64,000 nucleotides of DNA from a virus (IMGVR_UViG_3300021387_000334:1-64000); one strand, 5' to 3'; positions 1 through 9,415 are shown, counted from the stretch's first letter. The notes: a model not told the origin generated them from the letters alone. Program-made: numbers and translations.

Positions 1-252
1 GAAAAGGTTGAGCAATATATCAAAGAGCATACAAGGAATTGTAGCAACGAGATTATTATTCCTACACAAGATGGGTGCAGTTATACAAAAGGCTATACAT
101 CTTGGCTAACCCCAGACGATGCAAGAAAGATTGCAGAGATAGCAAGGGAAGAAACCATAAAAGAGGTGTGCGAGTGGTTGGATAACCACACAATGTTAAG
201 TGAAAAATGGTATATTGAGGACTTGAAGAAACATTTGGAGGGAAAAGTATGA
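1..252 (+). CDS. 3' part of a hypothetical early phage protein (runs in from the left edge)
   Basis: Frame 1 is open from base 1 to TGA at 250-252, and this stop overlaps the next ATG at 249 (ATGA). Confidence 0.6.
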   Translation, partial: EKVEQYIKEHTRNCSNEIIIPTQDGCSYTKGYTSWLTPDDARKIAEIAREETIKEVCEWLDNHTMLSEKWYIEDLKKHLEGKV

Positions 253-458
253 AGTCAATAAAGGAAAAAGCAAATGAGTATGCAAAGGACTACTTGTTTA
301 GCCCATTGCCGCAAAGAGCACCAAATGTTCATTTCTAGGCAGGCGCAAACTATGTGCTTGAGTGCATAGAAGAAGCCTTAAATAAATCTTTTGATGAGCT
401 ATCAATTAAAGATGGCTATTTGGAAGCAAGAAAATGTATAGAACAACTAAAGGAATAA
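249..458 (+). pseudogene. small phage ORF interrupted by an in-frame TAG at 336-338
   Basis: ATG249 MKSIKEKANEYAK...VHF*AGANYVLECIEEAL...EQLKE TAA458. The frame continues with a typical F-x-AGA motif across the TAG. Confidence 0.5.
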
Positions 459-463
459 GGTGT

Positions 464-718
464 ATGAAAAAGATTATTCTATTAGCACTTACCGCCTTGA
501 TGATGGTGGGGTGTAGATATAAAAGTACCGGTGCAAACATTAGGGAAGCCAGCAATGCTGTGATAATAGTTGATGAACATACTTTAGATAGTTGTGAATA
601 TTATCCTTCCTACGGACACAAAGGTAACTGCCGCTTCTGTAAGGAACGCAGGCAGAAGGAACTGAAAGAGTTGGTTGAGCAGGTCGTGAAAACACGGCAG
701 GCAAATCCAGAACATTAA
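464..718 (+). CDS. small putative lipoprotein
   Basis: MKKIILLALTALMMVGC: basic N-terminus, hydrophobic core and lipobox-like VGC. ATG464 fits better than 434. Confidence 0.55.
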   Translation: MKKIILLALTALMMVGCRYKSTGANIREASNAVIIVDEHTLDSCEYYPSYGHKGNCRFCKERRQKELKELVEQVVKTRQANPEH

Positions 719-727
719 TTAATTTTG
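686..727 (+). promoter_or_regulatory. phage late-type promoter (GTGAAAACACGG-N22-TAATTTTG) for the nozzle gene
   Basis: Motif 686-697, then 22 nt, then Bacteroidetes -7 box TAnnTTTG at 720-727. ATG at 747. Confidence 0.75.
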
Positions 728-746
728 CAAACAAACAATTCTGATT

Positions 747-3452
747 ATGGAAGAAGGAACAAAACAACAACAACTCACGTTTGAGAAGGGAATAACCAAT
801 GTCCCTTCTGATGCTCTCTGCTCCGACAATGCGCTGGCTGAATGTCTGGGCATGATCTATGAAAATGGGGAGCATCGGGTGATACAGAATCCGAAATATG
901 ACCGTCAGCCCGACGGAAAGCTTGTCTTCGTGCATAAGCTTTCCTCCGGCGATGATGTGTATATCACGGAGAACACGGAGAACAACGGTTTGCGGACCAT
1001 CCTAACCATCGGTAATAGTAGCTTCGAAGTAAGTGGAGACTACCTCATCAATGCCGTTGGCAATACTATCATCGTATCGGATTCTAGTGGGATGCACTAC
1101 TTTATCTGGAAGGGAGGAACATACAATGAATATGGCAATCTGCCCGAAATCAACTTTGTGCCTTATCTGCAATGCGTCCCTTCGATACCGACAGACCCGG
1201 AACTCAGCAATGAATACCTTGTGACAAACACCCATAGGGAGCAGGAAATATTGGCTGAGGATGAAGGCTATCTATATTTTGCTGACAAGTCTAACGAAAA
1301 GTCACAAGGCGAATACGATACCATCATCACGGGCCTATACGCCAAGAACAAGAAGGCCGTAGACGAGGCAAAGGGATTCTGTCTGCCGTTCTTTGTGAGG
1401 ACGGCTCTCCGCATGTACGATGATTCCCTGACGCATATCTCCCAGCCCATCCTTCTGCTGCCTACCCTTACGATGAACAGTCTGCTGAGGTTTGACCGTG
1501 AGTATGATAAGTTCTATCTCATGACCCAGTTCGCTCGGATGTTCTTCACTCAGAACGTAGACCTGTCAGGGTGGTCGGACATCATCAAGAACGTTGAGGT
1601 CTATATCAGCGATGGCGTAGAGATCTATGATACGAACGTGCATCAACAGATAGGCCATCTGATTCCTTCGTGGTACCCAATCCAGCCAACTCCTGACCAA
1701 CAATTCGAAAACTTGGGCACCGTGTTTAATGGTGTGTATAGGAATGATAGCGGCGACACTCTTCAAGAGGTGGATTATGAGATGAGAAATGACAGGGAGC
1801 TGCCCATTATAACGGGCTATAGCATAATTTACCCCGAACTGTTCGCCCTGTCAGCTCTAAAGAAGCGGCCTATAGCAGATATAGATGCCGACATCAAAGG
1901 CACATCGGTATTCTATAAGGTTGCGTCCATCGGTTTGAAGCCATACAACGACGCAGAACCCCTGGCAGCCCATATAAATACGCGCGTGCTGGAAAATCTG
2001 ACCACACAGGAGCAGCTGGAGTACGACGATTTCTATTCTCACACGTCTCTCTTCCCTAGCTTGATGCAGCCATTCAACATGCGCCTCAATCTGGCCGATG
2101 TCAGGAGAAGCTTTTTCAAAGGATTCTCTCTGTTCATGCCTTATTCAGAGACGGGGGATACAACTTATCGCGTGAATATCATGACCGACTCCGGCAAGAA
2201 AACGGTGACTGCAAATGGAAGCGATCAGAGGCCTTGGTATTATTTCTTCTACCCCGATCCACGGGCTGAAGCAGTAGAGATTTCAAAGGGAGTAGGCATA
2301 AGAGTCTATAAGCTGACCGAACATGAGGGACTGAATGGAGCCTACTATTTCGCGGGCTTGCAGGCCATCCTCAACCAGTCTGTTCCTGCGGGTGATTACT
2401 ATGATGGTAGTTTCGACGGCAACCAAAAACCGGAGGAACTTGCCAACTACGTCATAACCTCCGAGGTAGGCAATCCGTTCGTCTATCTCGCCAAGGGGTA
2501 TAACAAGGTGGGTATAGGCAGGATATTGGCCATATCCACTACTACGATGGCACTCTCGCAGGATCAGTTCGGACGTACCGATTTGCTTGTGTTCACGGAT
2601 AATGGCATCTGGGGTATGCAGGTAGACCCAACGGGCTTGTATCAGTCTATCCACCCGTTCAGCCGTGAGGTGTCGCTCAGTCCGGCTAATCTGATTCAGA
2701 CCGACGGGGCCGTGTTCTTCACGTCTGCCAAAGGATTGATGGTAGCCACGGATGCAGGGGTCAAGTGTGTGTCGGAGCAGTTGTCGGGCAGGGAAACGCC
2801 CTTCGACGGCGTGATAGACCTGGGTAACTTCATCGACTATCTGCGGGGAGCACGGGGAGCACGGGGAGCATTCATGGCTTACGACTATCGCGACTCGCTG
2901 ATATGGATTTTCAACTCAATGGGAGGGACCAACCCCTATTGTTACGTCTACTCCATCAAGTCGGGTACGTTCTCGAAGAAGAACCTCGGATATGTCGTAA
3001 AGACCGCCGTGAACAACTACCCCGACTATCTGCTGCAGGACACTAACAATAATGTGTACTCCCTGCTGAAGCGCCCCAACATCAATCAGGATGGTGAGAT
3101 GGTCGGCGGTCAGTATTCTCCCAATCTCTACGGGGCAAGGCTGATTACACGCCCGCTGAAACTGGAGAACGCGCTTGCGCTGAAGTCGATTGCCCAGATA
3201 CGGCACATCAGAGGCTTCTCCGATGGCGTAGAGGTGACGAGGGATAATGAGCGAGTCTTCGTTAAGCCTGCACTCGGAATCCGACTGTTCGCCTCGAACA
3301 ACCTCAACAAGTGGGTCGAGTTGCACTCCCTCCGTGGCATCCCCTGGAAGTACTATCGTCTGGAATATGATTTCAGCGGCCTCACGGCCACCGACCGCTT
3401 TGACGGCAGCGTTATAGTCACACAAGTAAGAAGAAACAATAAACTCAGATAA
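747..3452 (+). CDS. tail nozzle / stabilisation protein (P22 gp10 / T7 gp12-like), 901 aa
   Basis: Size, beta-rich composition, C-terminal SNNLNKW...GIPWKYYRL segment typical of Bacteroidales podovirus nozzle genes, and a late-type promoter. Confidence 0.6.
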   Translation: MEEGTKQQQLTFEKGITNVPSDALCSDNALAECLGMIYENGEHRVIQNPKYDRQPDGKLVFVHKLSSGDDVYITENTENNGLRTILTIGNSSFEVSGDYLINAVGNTIIVSDSSGMHYFIWKGGTYNEYGNLPEINFVPYLQCVPSIPTDPELSNEYLVTNTHREQEILAEDEGYLYFADKSNEKSQGEYDTIITGLYAKNKKAVDEAKGFCLPFFVRTALRMYDDSLTHISQPILLLPTLTMNSLLRFDREYDKFYLMTQFARMFFTQNVDLSGWSDIIKNVEVYISDGVEIYDTNVHQQIGHLIPSWYPIQPTPDQQFENLGTVFNGVYRNDSGDTLQEVDYEMRNDRELPIITGYSIIYPELFALSALKKRPIADIDADIKGTSVFYKVASIGLKPYNDAEPLAAHINTRVLENLTTQEQLEYDDFYSHTSLFPSLMQPFNMRLNLADVRRSFFKGFSLFMPYSETGDTTYRVNIMTDSGKKTVTANGSDQRPWYYFFYPDPRAEAVEISKGVGIRVYKLTEHEGLNGAYYFAGLQAILNQSVPAGDYYDGSFDGNQKPEELANYVITSEVGNPFVYLAKGYNKVGIGRILAISTTTMALSQDQFGRTDLLVFTDNGIWGMQVDPTGLYQSIHPFSREVSLSPANLIQTDGAVFFTSAKGLMVATDAGVKCVSEQLSGRETPFDGVIDLGNFIDYLRGARGARGAFMAYDYRDSLIWIFNSMGGTNPYCYVYSIKSGTFSKKNLGYVVKTAVNNYPDYLLQDTNNNVYSLLKRPNINQDGEMVGGQYSPNLYGARLITRPLKLENALALKSIAQIRHIRGFSDGVEVTRDNERVFVKPALGIRLFASNNLNKWVELHSLRGIPWKYYRLEYDFSGLTATDRFDGSVIVTQVRRNNKLR

Positions 3453-3454
3453 TC

Positions 3455-4231
3455 ATGGCAATTTTCAATCTCAATGATGCCCTCAACGGGGCACTGATAG
3501 GAATACCCGTCGCTTCGGAAGAAGAACTCTCGCGCAACTCCGGCCATCTGCGGTTAGAAGATAGCAAGCGCATAGTCTATATCGACGGGCATAAGATTTC
3601 GGTATCTACAGAAGGTGTCGTCAGGGCTTGCACTCCTGCTGACAACAGGTTTACGCCGGGGACGGTTCTTCAGATCATCGAAAAGACCATCTCTACCACC
3701 TACGGCAGCAAGCAGACTCAGACTCGAAGCCCGACACAGGGCTATGACCCGGAAGCAAATCTCTCCAACATGGAGCCTCGCGACTATTTCGCATTGGAGG
3801 CCATGAGGGTGATGATGCAGAACACGCCCCACCCCGACGCTGCTGACGATGCCACCATCCTGTTTGTAGCCCGTGCCGCATACCGATGGGCACAGGGCAT
3901 GATAATCGCTGCGGCAGACACCCGTCTCGGTACGGCTCAATCGTCAGGAACCACCCCAACGCAGGTTGACGTTACAGATGGCACGAACACGGAGAAGCTT
4001 CTCGACAATCTTGTGAAGGCAATCTCCACGCTTACTACCGCTATCCAGGGTACTCTGAAGGTCGAGACTCCAAGTGGCAGTAGCCTGAATGTTGAGGGCG
4101 AGGTTAATGTTCAGGGCGTTAATGATACATCAACAAGTAAGTCAATACCTCTGAGAGTACACGGCATCACCGACGATACGACAACAGGATTCGTATCAGA
4201 CCCGATAAAGACAAAAGCGGTCACTACATAA
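3455..4231 (+). CDS. hypothetical protein, probably structural (258 aa, Thr/Ser-rich C-terminus)
   Basis: Starts 2 nt after the nozzle stop, contains an RDYFALEAM motif and is followed by a terminator. Confidence 0.6.
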   Translation: MAIFNLNDALNGALIGIPVASEEELSRNSGHLRLEDSKRIVYIDGHKISVSTEGVVRACTPADNRFTPGTVLQIIEKTISTTYGSKQTQTRSPTQGYDPEANLSNMEPRDYFALEAMRVMMQNTPHPDAADDATILFVARAAYRWAQGMIIAAADTRLGTAQSSGTTPTQVDVTDGTNTEKLLDNLVKAISTLTTAIQGTLKVETPSGSSLNVEGEVNVQGVNDTSTSKSIPLRVHGITDDTTTGFVSDPIKTKAVTT

Positions 4232-4237
4232 TGAAAG

Positions 4238-4268
4238 GAGGAAGGTTGTTAGCCTTCCTCTTTTTTTT
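4238..4268. terminator. intrinsic terminator between convergent genes
   Basis: GAGGAAGG-N7-CCTTCCTC followed by a T8 run. Confidence 0.75.
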
Positions 4269-4662
4269 ATGCCTTTTCGTAAGTATAAATTGCAATCCAA
4301 TCCTTGCCACCACCTCCTTCTATTCTTTGGATAACAAGTCTGCTATTAGTCAATTGCTTGATTGTATAAGTGGCCGTAGAACTGCCATAACTAATGACGA
4401 GTTGATTTCCCGATATCTGGAACTTTCCTTTTGCGCCTGTATAATAGACGCAAGACCCATCTTCGAAGAATACAAGATTAAGTTGATGTTTTGATGTTTC
4501 GTAGATTTCTTCCGTCTCAACCCTGGCATGCTGTTCTGACACGCAATTCCAACTGCCATAAATACTGCTTGGTGTTATTTGATTACTCTCTGCTCCGTCA
4601 TCTTTGGAACACGAACACAAGAGAGCCATCAGGCATACACAAAATAATAATGTTTTCTTCAT
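4267..4662 (-). CDS. outer-membrane lipoprotein with lipocalin-like domain (moron)
   Basis: MKKTLLFCVCLMALLCSCSKDD lipoprotein signal, IYGSW lipocalin GxW motif, own promoter and terminator. Confidence 0.75.
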   Translation of the reverse strand: MKKTLLFCVCLMALLCSCSKDDGAESNQITPSSIYGSWNCVSEQHARVETEEIYETSKHQLNLVFFEDGSCVYYTGAKGKFQISGNQLVISYGSSTATYTIKQLTNSRLVIQRIEGGGGKDWIAIYTYEKA

Positions 4663-4692
4663 ACCGATATTGTTTATTAGTTATTGGTGTCG

Positions 4693-4700
4693 CAAAGATA
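4693..4700 (-). promoter_or_regulatory. -7 box (TATCTTTG) of the lipoprotein moron
   Basis: caaagata on the + strand, about 30 nt upstream of ATG4662, without the late motif. Confidence 0.6.
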
Positions 4701-4701
4701 C

Positions 4702-4735
4702 AAAAATCCCGCCAATCACAATCGTCTGGCGGGAT
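4702..4735 (-). terminator. terminator of the leftward head operon
   Basis: ATCCCGCCA (4706-4714) / TGGCGGGAT (4727-4735) with a U-run on the minus strand. Confidence 0.7.
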
Positions 4736-4759
4736 AATTTAACGAAGATTTGCACTAAC

Positions 4760-5374
4760 CTAAGCTGCCGCGTAAGAGCTTACGACGCAATCAAGAATAT
4801 TGTCGAAGTCTGTGTATACGCACCATTCTCCATCTTGTTTGATACCCAGAAGAATTTTATCTTCAGAGTCAGTAATGACAAGTTTCCACTCGGGATTTGT
4901 GGTGATTGTGGTTGCTCCCACTGCGCCGAGGGTTGATAGCGAAAGTATTGTAGAAAGCTTGGCCGTGTCGTCCTTTATGTAAACGCTGGCCTTGTCCGCT
5001 TTCGTGCTTATGTCTTGATGTTCCTGTAGGGCACTATCAGCCTTTCCAAGAGAAGTCTGAACGCTTTCTGACAGGTCTGACTTGGGGATGCCTGTGTTAG
5101 GCTTTGTGTATTTTGCACTGATTGCCGTTGTCAGCGAAGTTGTGAGTGAAGAAAGCAACTCTGCCAGTGTTTCCGTATCTGGCGTGTTGGCAAGAAAATT
5201 CTCTATCTCCTTAATTCCGTTAATCACGTTATCGGGAATATCTGTTTCCTGTTGTTCCTTCCACTCTTTCAGGGCGTCCACGTCCTGCTGAACAGGGTCT
5301 TCACTCTGCTTTTTGTGGTCTATCACACTAGTAGGATAGCGCACGATACCATCTGCATAGCCTTTACTCTCCAT
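4760..5374 (-). CDS. putative head/tail fibre-related protein sharing modules with the tail fibre N-terminus
   Basis: Contains NPEWKLVITDSEDKILLGIKQDG and KEIENFLANTPDTETLAELL, which match repeats in 19042-22488. Confidence 0.6.
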   Translation of the reverse strand: MESKGYADGIVRYPTSVIDHKKQSEDPVQQDVDALKEWKEQQETDIPDNVINGIKEIENFLANTPDTETLAELLSSLTTSLTTAISAKYTKPNTGIPKSDLSESVQTSLGKADSALQEHQDISTKADKASVYIKDDTAKLSTILSLSTLGAVGATTITTNPEWKLVITDSEDKILLGIKQDGEWCVYTDFDNILDCVVSSYAAA

Positions 5375-5662
5375 TTATATATTTGATATTTGTATCGTTA
5401 CTGGCGTTTCGGTAGTAATAATCTTGATGTAGCGGGCTTCGGTGGCTCCATAGAGCCGGATGCGGAAACTGGGGCCAGCCCACTTTGTAATGAGACTCTT
5501 CGGATATGGGCCGTCTATCTTCTCCGCTTTCTTGATAACGAGTCGCCCTTTCGCGGGCAGTTCCAATTCGAGCCATGCGTCACCCGTCAGGCAAAGCGTC
5601 TCACTTACCCAACCGTTGGCCTCATCGCTCCAGGCACCGTTGATGGTCGTTATCTCCTTCAT
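5375..5662 (-). CDS. hypothetical virion protein (95 aa)
   Basis: Abuts or overlaps its neighbours in the head operon. Confidence 0.65.
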   Translation of the reverse strand: MKEITTINGAWSDEANGWVSETLCLTGDAWLELELPAKGRLVIKKAEKIDGPYPKSLITKWAGPSFRIRLYGATEARYIKIITTETPVTIQISNI

Positions 5663-6372
5663 CCGTTACGTCCGATATTCATTTTGGCTATCTCCAGCAT
5701 CCTTGCACTACGGGCATCGTTATAGGCAGAGAGCAGAAGATAAGCCAGATAGTAGATAAACGCCGTCTTCACCTTGGGAGGCAGAGGGTAATGAACTTGT
5801 TTGTCATCATCCGTCCCCGTAGTAAAGGAGTTGTCGCCTACGTCTGCCACATAGGTATAGGTGGCGAGACCCGTAGGCCACACTTCCAGTTGCCGTTTGT
5901 TGCGGTTGATAATGACGGCCTGCGGACGGTCTGCGGTGGCCTCTGCTCCGTTTGGATCGTAAAGTTGCAGATATTCATCCGAGTCCTCAGAGATAGGATT
6001 GATGACGGCTCTGTGCCAGCTCCAGCACCTTACCCTCGCCAGCTTGATAAAGTCTGTAGGGAGGTTGATATAACCGCCACCTGTGGTAGCGATGGGAGTA
6101 GGATTTATGCCATCCACGTCAACAAGGATTCCCGTGTCTACAAGCTGGCCGTCGCGCGTTTCGTCACTGCCACTCAGGAGTTCGGCAGGGCCGTAGAGGC
6201 AAACCCAGCGGACGGCATCACCAATCTTCGACCTGATGATGTTGTTCATCAGTCCGTTGTCGGTGGTGGCGTCGCCGATGTCGTAAGCCGACGCATCAAG
6301 GAACTCGGCAGCATTAAGCGATTCCTCATCAATGCAGAAGCGGACGGCCTCTATGATTTGCTCTACGGTCAT
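5659..6372 (-). CDS. head-tail adaptor (T7 gp11 / P22 gp4-like)
   Basis: N-terminal helices, LPTDF motif, C-terminal IYYLAYLLL helix, and position after the capsid gene. Confidence 0.55.
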   Translation of the reverse strand: MTVEQIIEAVRFCIDEESLNAAEFLDASAYDIGDATTDNGLMNNIIRSKIGDAVRWVCLYGPAELLSGSDETRDGQLVDTGILVDVDGINPTPIATTGGGYINLPTDFIKLARVRCWSWHRAVINPISEDSDEYLQLYDPNGAEATADRPQAVIINRNKRQLEVWPTGLATYTYVADVGDNSFTTGTDDDKQVHYPLPPKVKTAFIYYLAYLLLSAYNDARSARMLEIAKMNIGRNG

Positions 6373-6380
6373 GGCCTTAG

Positions 6381-6788
6381 TTATTCAAGTGTCAGGTTGG
6401 GGAATGTGTAGCCCTGTTTCTCGGCGTAGGTCAGAGCGGCCTTCGGCTGTTTAAAGGGTTTCTCTAACTCGGTGGCTACCCACTCCAGCAGCTTCTCGGG
6501 AGAATCCACCTCTTCCACGAGGATTGGGTCTTTCTTTGGCTCCTGCGTCGGGGTCTCGCCGCCATTGTCAACACGCTCCAGCTTTACATAGCCGTCCTTG
6601 AAGGGTACGCTGTTCTCCAGCAGCTCTTGTGAATACTGCGTTTTGAGTACCAGCCGTGCAGGAACATTGTTCAGCACACTGCCACCCTCAAACACGTACC
6701 GCTGCTTGTTGCCGTCTTTGCCCTGTAGTACAAAACTGAAATTGTTGCAGGGCTTGGTGATTCTATATGTCTTTGTTGCCATAGTCAT
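6381..6788 (-). CDS. hypothetical virion-associated protein (135 aa)
   Basis: Directly downstream of the capsid gene in the same operon. Confidence 0.65.
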   Translation of the reverse strand: MTMATKTYRITKPCNNFSFVLQGKDGNKQRYVFEGGSVLNNVPARLVLKTQYSQELLENSVPFKDGYVKLERVDNGGETPTQEPKKDPILVEEVDSPEKLLEWVATELEKPFKQPKAALTYAEKQGYTFPNLTLE

Positions 6789-6798
6789 TGAAATTTAG

Positions 6799-6835
6799 AA
6801 AAAGGGGGTGACGATATGCATTGCACGCCACCCCC
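6799..6835 (-). terminator. intrinsic terminator after the major capsid gene
   Basis: GGGGGTG (6804-6810) / CACCCCC (6829-6835) with a U5 run on the minus strand. Confidence 0.7.
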
Positions 6836-6847
6836 GATGGTTATGGT

Positions 6848-8542
6848 TTAGGCTGCAAGGTCGGAGCCTGTATAGGTCTCCCATGCAGTGCCGTTATAGA
6901 TAAGCACGGATCCCCTCTCGTAAGTGACTGCCTGAGCGCCCTCGCCAACGGTCACGTCTGAGGTCAGCGCAATCTTCATATTCTTGGCAGGGGTCTTGGG
7001 CAGGTGGTTCGAGCTGACAATCCAGTTCACGATGCCCTGGGTCATGTCGCCAAACATCTTGTCCTCGGGACCTACGATGATGCTGTTGTAGCCCTTCAAG
7101 CCTACAGCATCGGCCATAATCTCGATGTGACGCTTGGCCAGGCGGATGTCGCCAGCACCCTTCGACATGTCGTTGGTCATGTTGCGCTTGCCCTCCTTGA
7201 TGTAGTGGATGGCATTGTCGAGGTCGAGTACAAACATGTAGTCCGACTTGCCCATGAAGTCAAGAGTCTGATCCCACACGAAGTTAATCTCACCAAAGGT
7301 GTCGGTGAAGCGACGGAAGGTGAGGTCGAAGTCCTTGGCCACGGAGAAATGAATCTCGCGGTTCTTACCCGGGTCAATGTTCTCCAGACGCTCGATAGCG
7401 TTCTTACCGCAGAAGGCAAACGAACGGTTCGAGGTGGCGAAGTCGGTGAACTGAAGCTTGGAGATAGCTACGAGGTCTGACAGCATGTACTCACTACCGA
7501 TAGCGTAGTAGTTGGGAATCTGAGGCAGAATTCCCTCACTGTAGAATACGTCCTCGATGGCACCGTCCTCAGTGACGCGCTTCTTCTTGGCCATCACACC
7601 CATCCAGTACGAGCGCTCAATGCGCACGTCGTTGAGGATGGAGGCATCGCGCAGAAGGTCTTTCACCTTGAACGGGTACTTCTTCTTCATCTTCTCAAAC
7701 TCTTCGGTGAACAGCACGTTCCAACCCTTCTTCTGAAGATAGACTTCCTTCTCGCGGGGCTGGAAGTTGTCGGGAGTGACAAGCAGCTGCGACTCCGACA
7801 TGGCATTGGCCATACCCAGCACGTAAGTGCCTGCTGCAATAGCGGGAACGGTACAATCCTCCATCTCGTTGTTCACCTGACCAGCGGTAGCAGCGGGGCC
7901 GTTGATGGCCATCAGTGTCAACTTGGTCTTGGTGCGCTCCACCACCTCCAATACTAGGCAGTTGCCGTCATGCTCCGTCTGCGAACCGGGTTTGTAGCCG
8001 CCCATAGAGGGGACAGCGATGGTGTCGAACTTACGGAATACGCCAAGATTGCCGGAGAAGTTGTTCTTCGTCAGCTCGATAGAGTCACCTGCAGCAATAG
8101 CAGCGGTGATAGTACCATCCAAGGTCTCACCACCCACGCGGGCATGCTTCACGGCGTAGTTCTGCACCTTACGCTCCTTGGCCACACGACCCAGCAGGCG
8201 CATGAACGGTACACGATAGGGCTTCAGTTGGGTAAGGGTCTCTTCGCGTTCCTCTTCCTCCAGACCGCCCTCGCGCATCTGGGTGGCACTGGCCTGCGTT
8301 CCCGTCAGGTTCTGACCGTCGTGCTCACCGCCAGGACTCTGACGGTCGCTCTTGTCTTCCTCAACTACTTCCTTATTATCAACGTCGGTATGAGTGGCTA
8401 CGTCGCCGCCCTCGTCACCGATTTGGGTAGCGGTCAAATCACCAGCTGCGGCCATACCGCCACCACCCGAAACAACAGCGAGCACGAAGAGCAACAGGCT
8501 CAACACGCTCCAAATCTTCTGATACTTTTTCATTGCTTTCAT
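6848..8542 (-). CDS. major capsid protein (HK97 fold inferred) with an N-terminal hydrophobic anchor, 564 aa
   Basis: Follows the scaffold-like gene, is followed by a strong terminator and lies next to the portal. VYLQK...RIERSYWMG segment is reminiscent of SU10/DUF5309-type capsids. Confidence 0.7.
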   Translation of the reverse strand: MKAMKKYQKIWSVLSLLLFVLAVVSGGGGMAAAGDLTATQIGDEGGDVATHTDVDNKEVVEEDKSDRQSPGGEHDGQNLTGTQASATQMREGGLEEEEREETLTQLKPYRVPFMRLLGRVAKERKVQNYAVKHARVGGETLDGTITAAIAAGDSIELTKNNFSGNLGVFRKFDTIAVPSMGGYKPGSQTEHDGNCLVLEVVERTKTKLTLMAINGPAATAGQVNNEMEDCTVPAIAAGTYVLGMANAMSESQLLVTPDNFQPREKEVYLQKKGWNVLFTEEFEKMKKKYPFKVKDLLRDASILNDVRIERSYWMGVMAKKKRVTEDGAIEDVFYSEGILPQIPNYYAIGSEYMLSDLVAISKLQFTDFATSNRSFAFCGKNAIERLENIDPGKNREIHFSVAKDFDLTFRRFTDTFGEINFVWDQTLDFMGKSDYMFVLDLDNAIHYIKEGKRNMTNDMSKGAGDIRLAKRHIEIMADAVGLKGYNSIIVGPEDKMFGDMTQGIVNWIVSSNHLPKTPAKNMKIALTSDVTVGEGAQAVTYERGSVLIYNGTAWETYTGSDLAA

Positions 8543-8563
8543 TGTTTATATATAAATAATGTG

Positions 8564-9355
8564 TTAATCTTCGTTCACCCAATCACGGAGCGATTCCTTC
8601 TTTTCACGTTTCGGCGCCGGACGGCTGCTGCCCTGCGAGAAAGATGGCGGGGGTGTCTGTCCGTCGTCAAAGGTCTTCAAGCGGTTAGCATGCTTCTCGT
8701 TGCGGGCCTGCATGGCGGCTTCCTCGCGTGCGTTCTGCATGTCGGTGTCGTAGTTCATGGCGTGCATCATGGCTACCCATGTGTCTTTCCCAACCTTGCC
8801 TTGGAAAGCGGGTGCGAAAATATCATCCCAGAAATGCTCCCACATACGGTCAATCTGCTCATCGCTCAGACCGAACTCCTGCTGAACGGAAGTAAGGGCG
8901 TTGAGTGATTCGTCTATGGCGGCATCCTTGGCCTTCTCTGCCTCTTCGCCGTCAATCTGAGCTTTCTGCCAGTTCTTGAATTTCTCGTCCACCTGTGCCA
9001 TTAGTTCGGGATCGTCGAGTGCGGCCTTGATGTCGATGCCGTTCTCTGTCAACCAAACCAGCGGATTTTTGTCAGGATTCTCTGCCAGGTCTTGGAACAT
9101 GGCTGCAATCCAGCGATTCTTATTCAGTGCTTCAGACAACTGACTGCCCGACTTCCTTAGTTTCCTGTAGTTGTCGCGCTCATCAGCCATGCGGCCGTAG
9201 CGTGCTTCTTTATCCTCAAAGTCCACGTCGGGATTATCCTCGCCGAACATGGCGGCATAGCGGTCTCTGTTTGGTCGGGCTGGCTGTTCGGCGGGCTGCT
9301 GCATTGCAGCGGCTTCCTGAGCCTGTTCTCCGTTTTTCTTCGTTATTTCTGCCAT
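8564..9355 (-). CDS. capsid scaffolding protein
   Basis: Acidic, alpha-helical protein with a basic/helical C-terminus, directly upstream of the capsid gene. ATG9355 preferred because the TTG at 9376 lies inside the promoter. Confidence 0.65.
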   Translation of the reverse strand: MAEITKKNGEQAQEAAAMQQPAEQPARPNRDRYAAMFGEDNPDVDFEDKEARYGRMADERDNYRKLRKSGSQLSEALNKNRWIAAMFQDLAENPDKNPLVWLTENGIDIKAALDDPELMAQVDEKFKNWQKAQIDGEEAEKAKDAAIDESLNALTSVQQEFGLSDEQIDRMWEHFWDDIFAPAFQGKVGKDTWVAMMHAMNYDTDMQNAREEAAMQARNEKHANRLKTFDDGQTPPPSFSQGSSRPAPKREKKESLRDWVNED

Positions 9356-9373
9356 AATGTAAGATTTATGGCG

Positions 9374-9415
9374 CAAATATCTGAATTATTCGTCCCGCCT
9401 CTTCCGTGTTTTCAC
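9374..9415 (-). promoter_or_regulatory. late-type promoter of the head operon (GTGAAAACACGG-N22-GATATTTG)
   Basis: Motif at 9404-9415 on the minus strand, 22-nt spacer, -7 variant at 9374-9381. Confidence 0.75.

Noticed and set aside
2844-2870. CGGGGAGCA x3 as a phase-variation tract in the nozzle gene
   Set aside because: The 9-bp unit keeps the frame (GARGARGA), so it is at most a small loop-length polymorphism.
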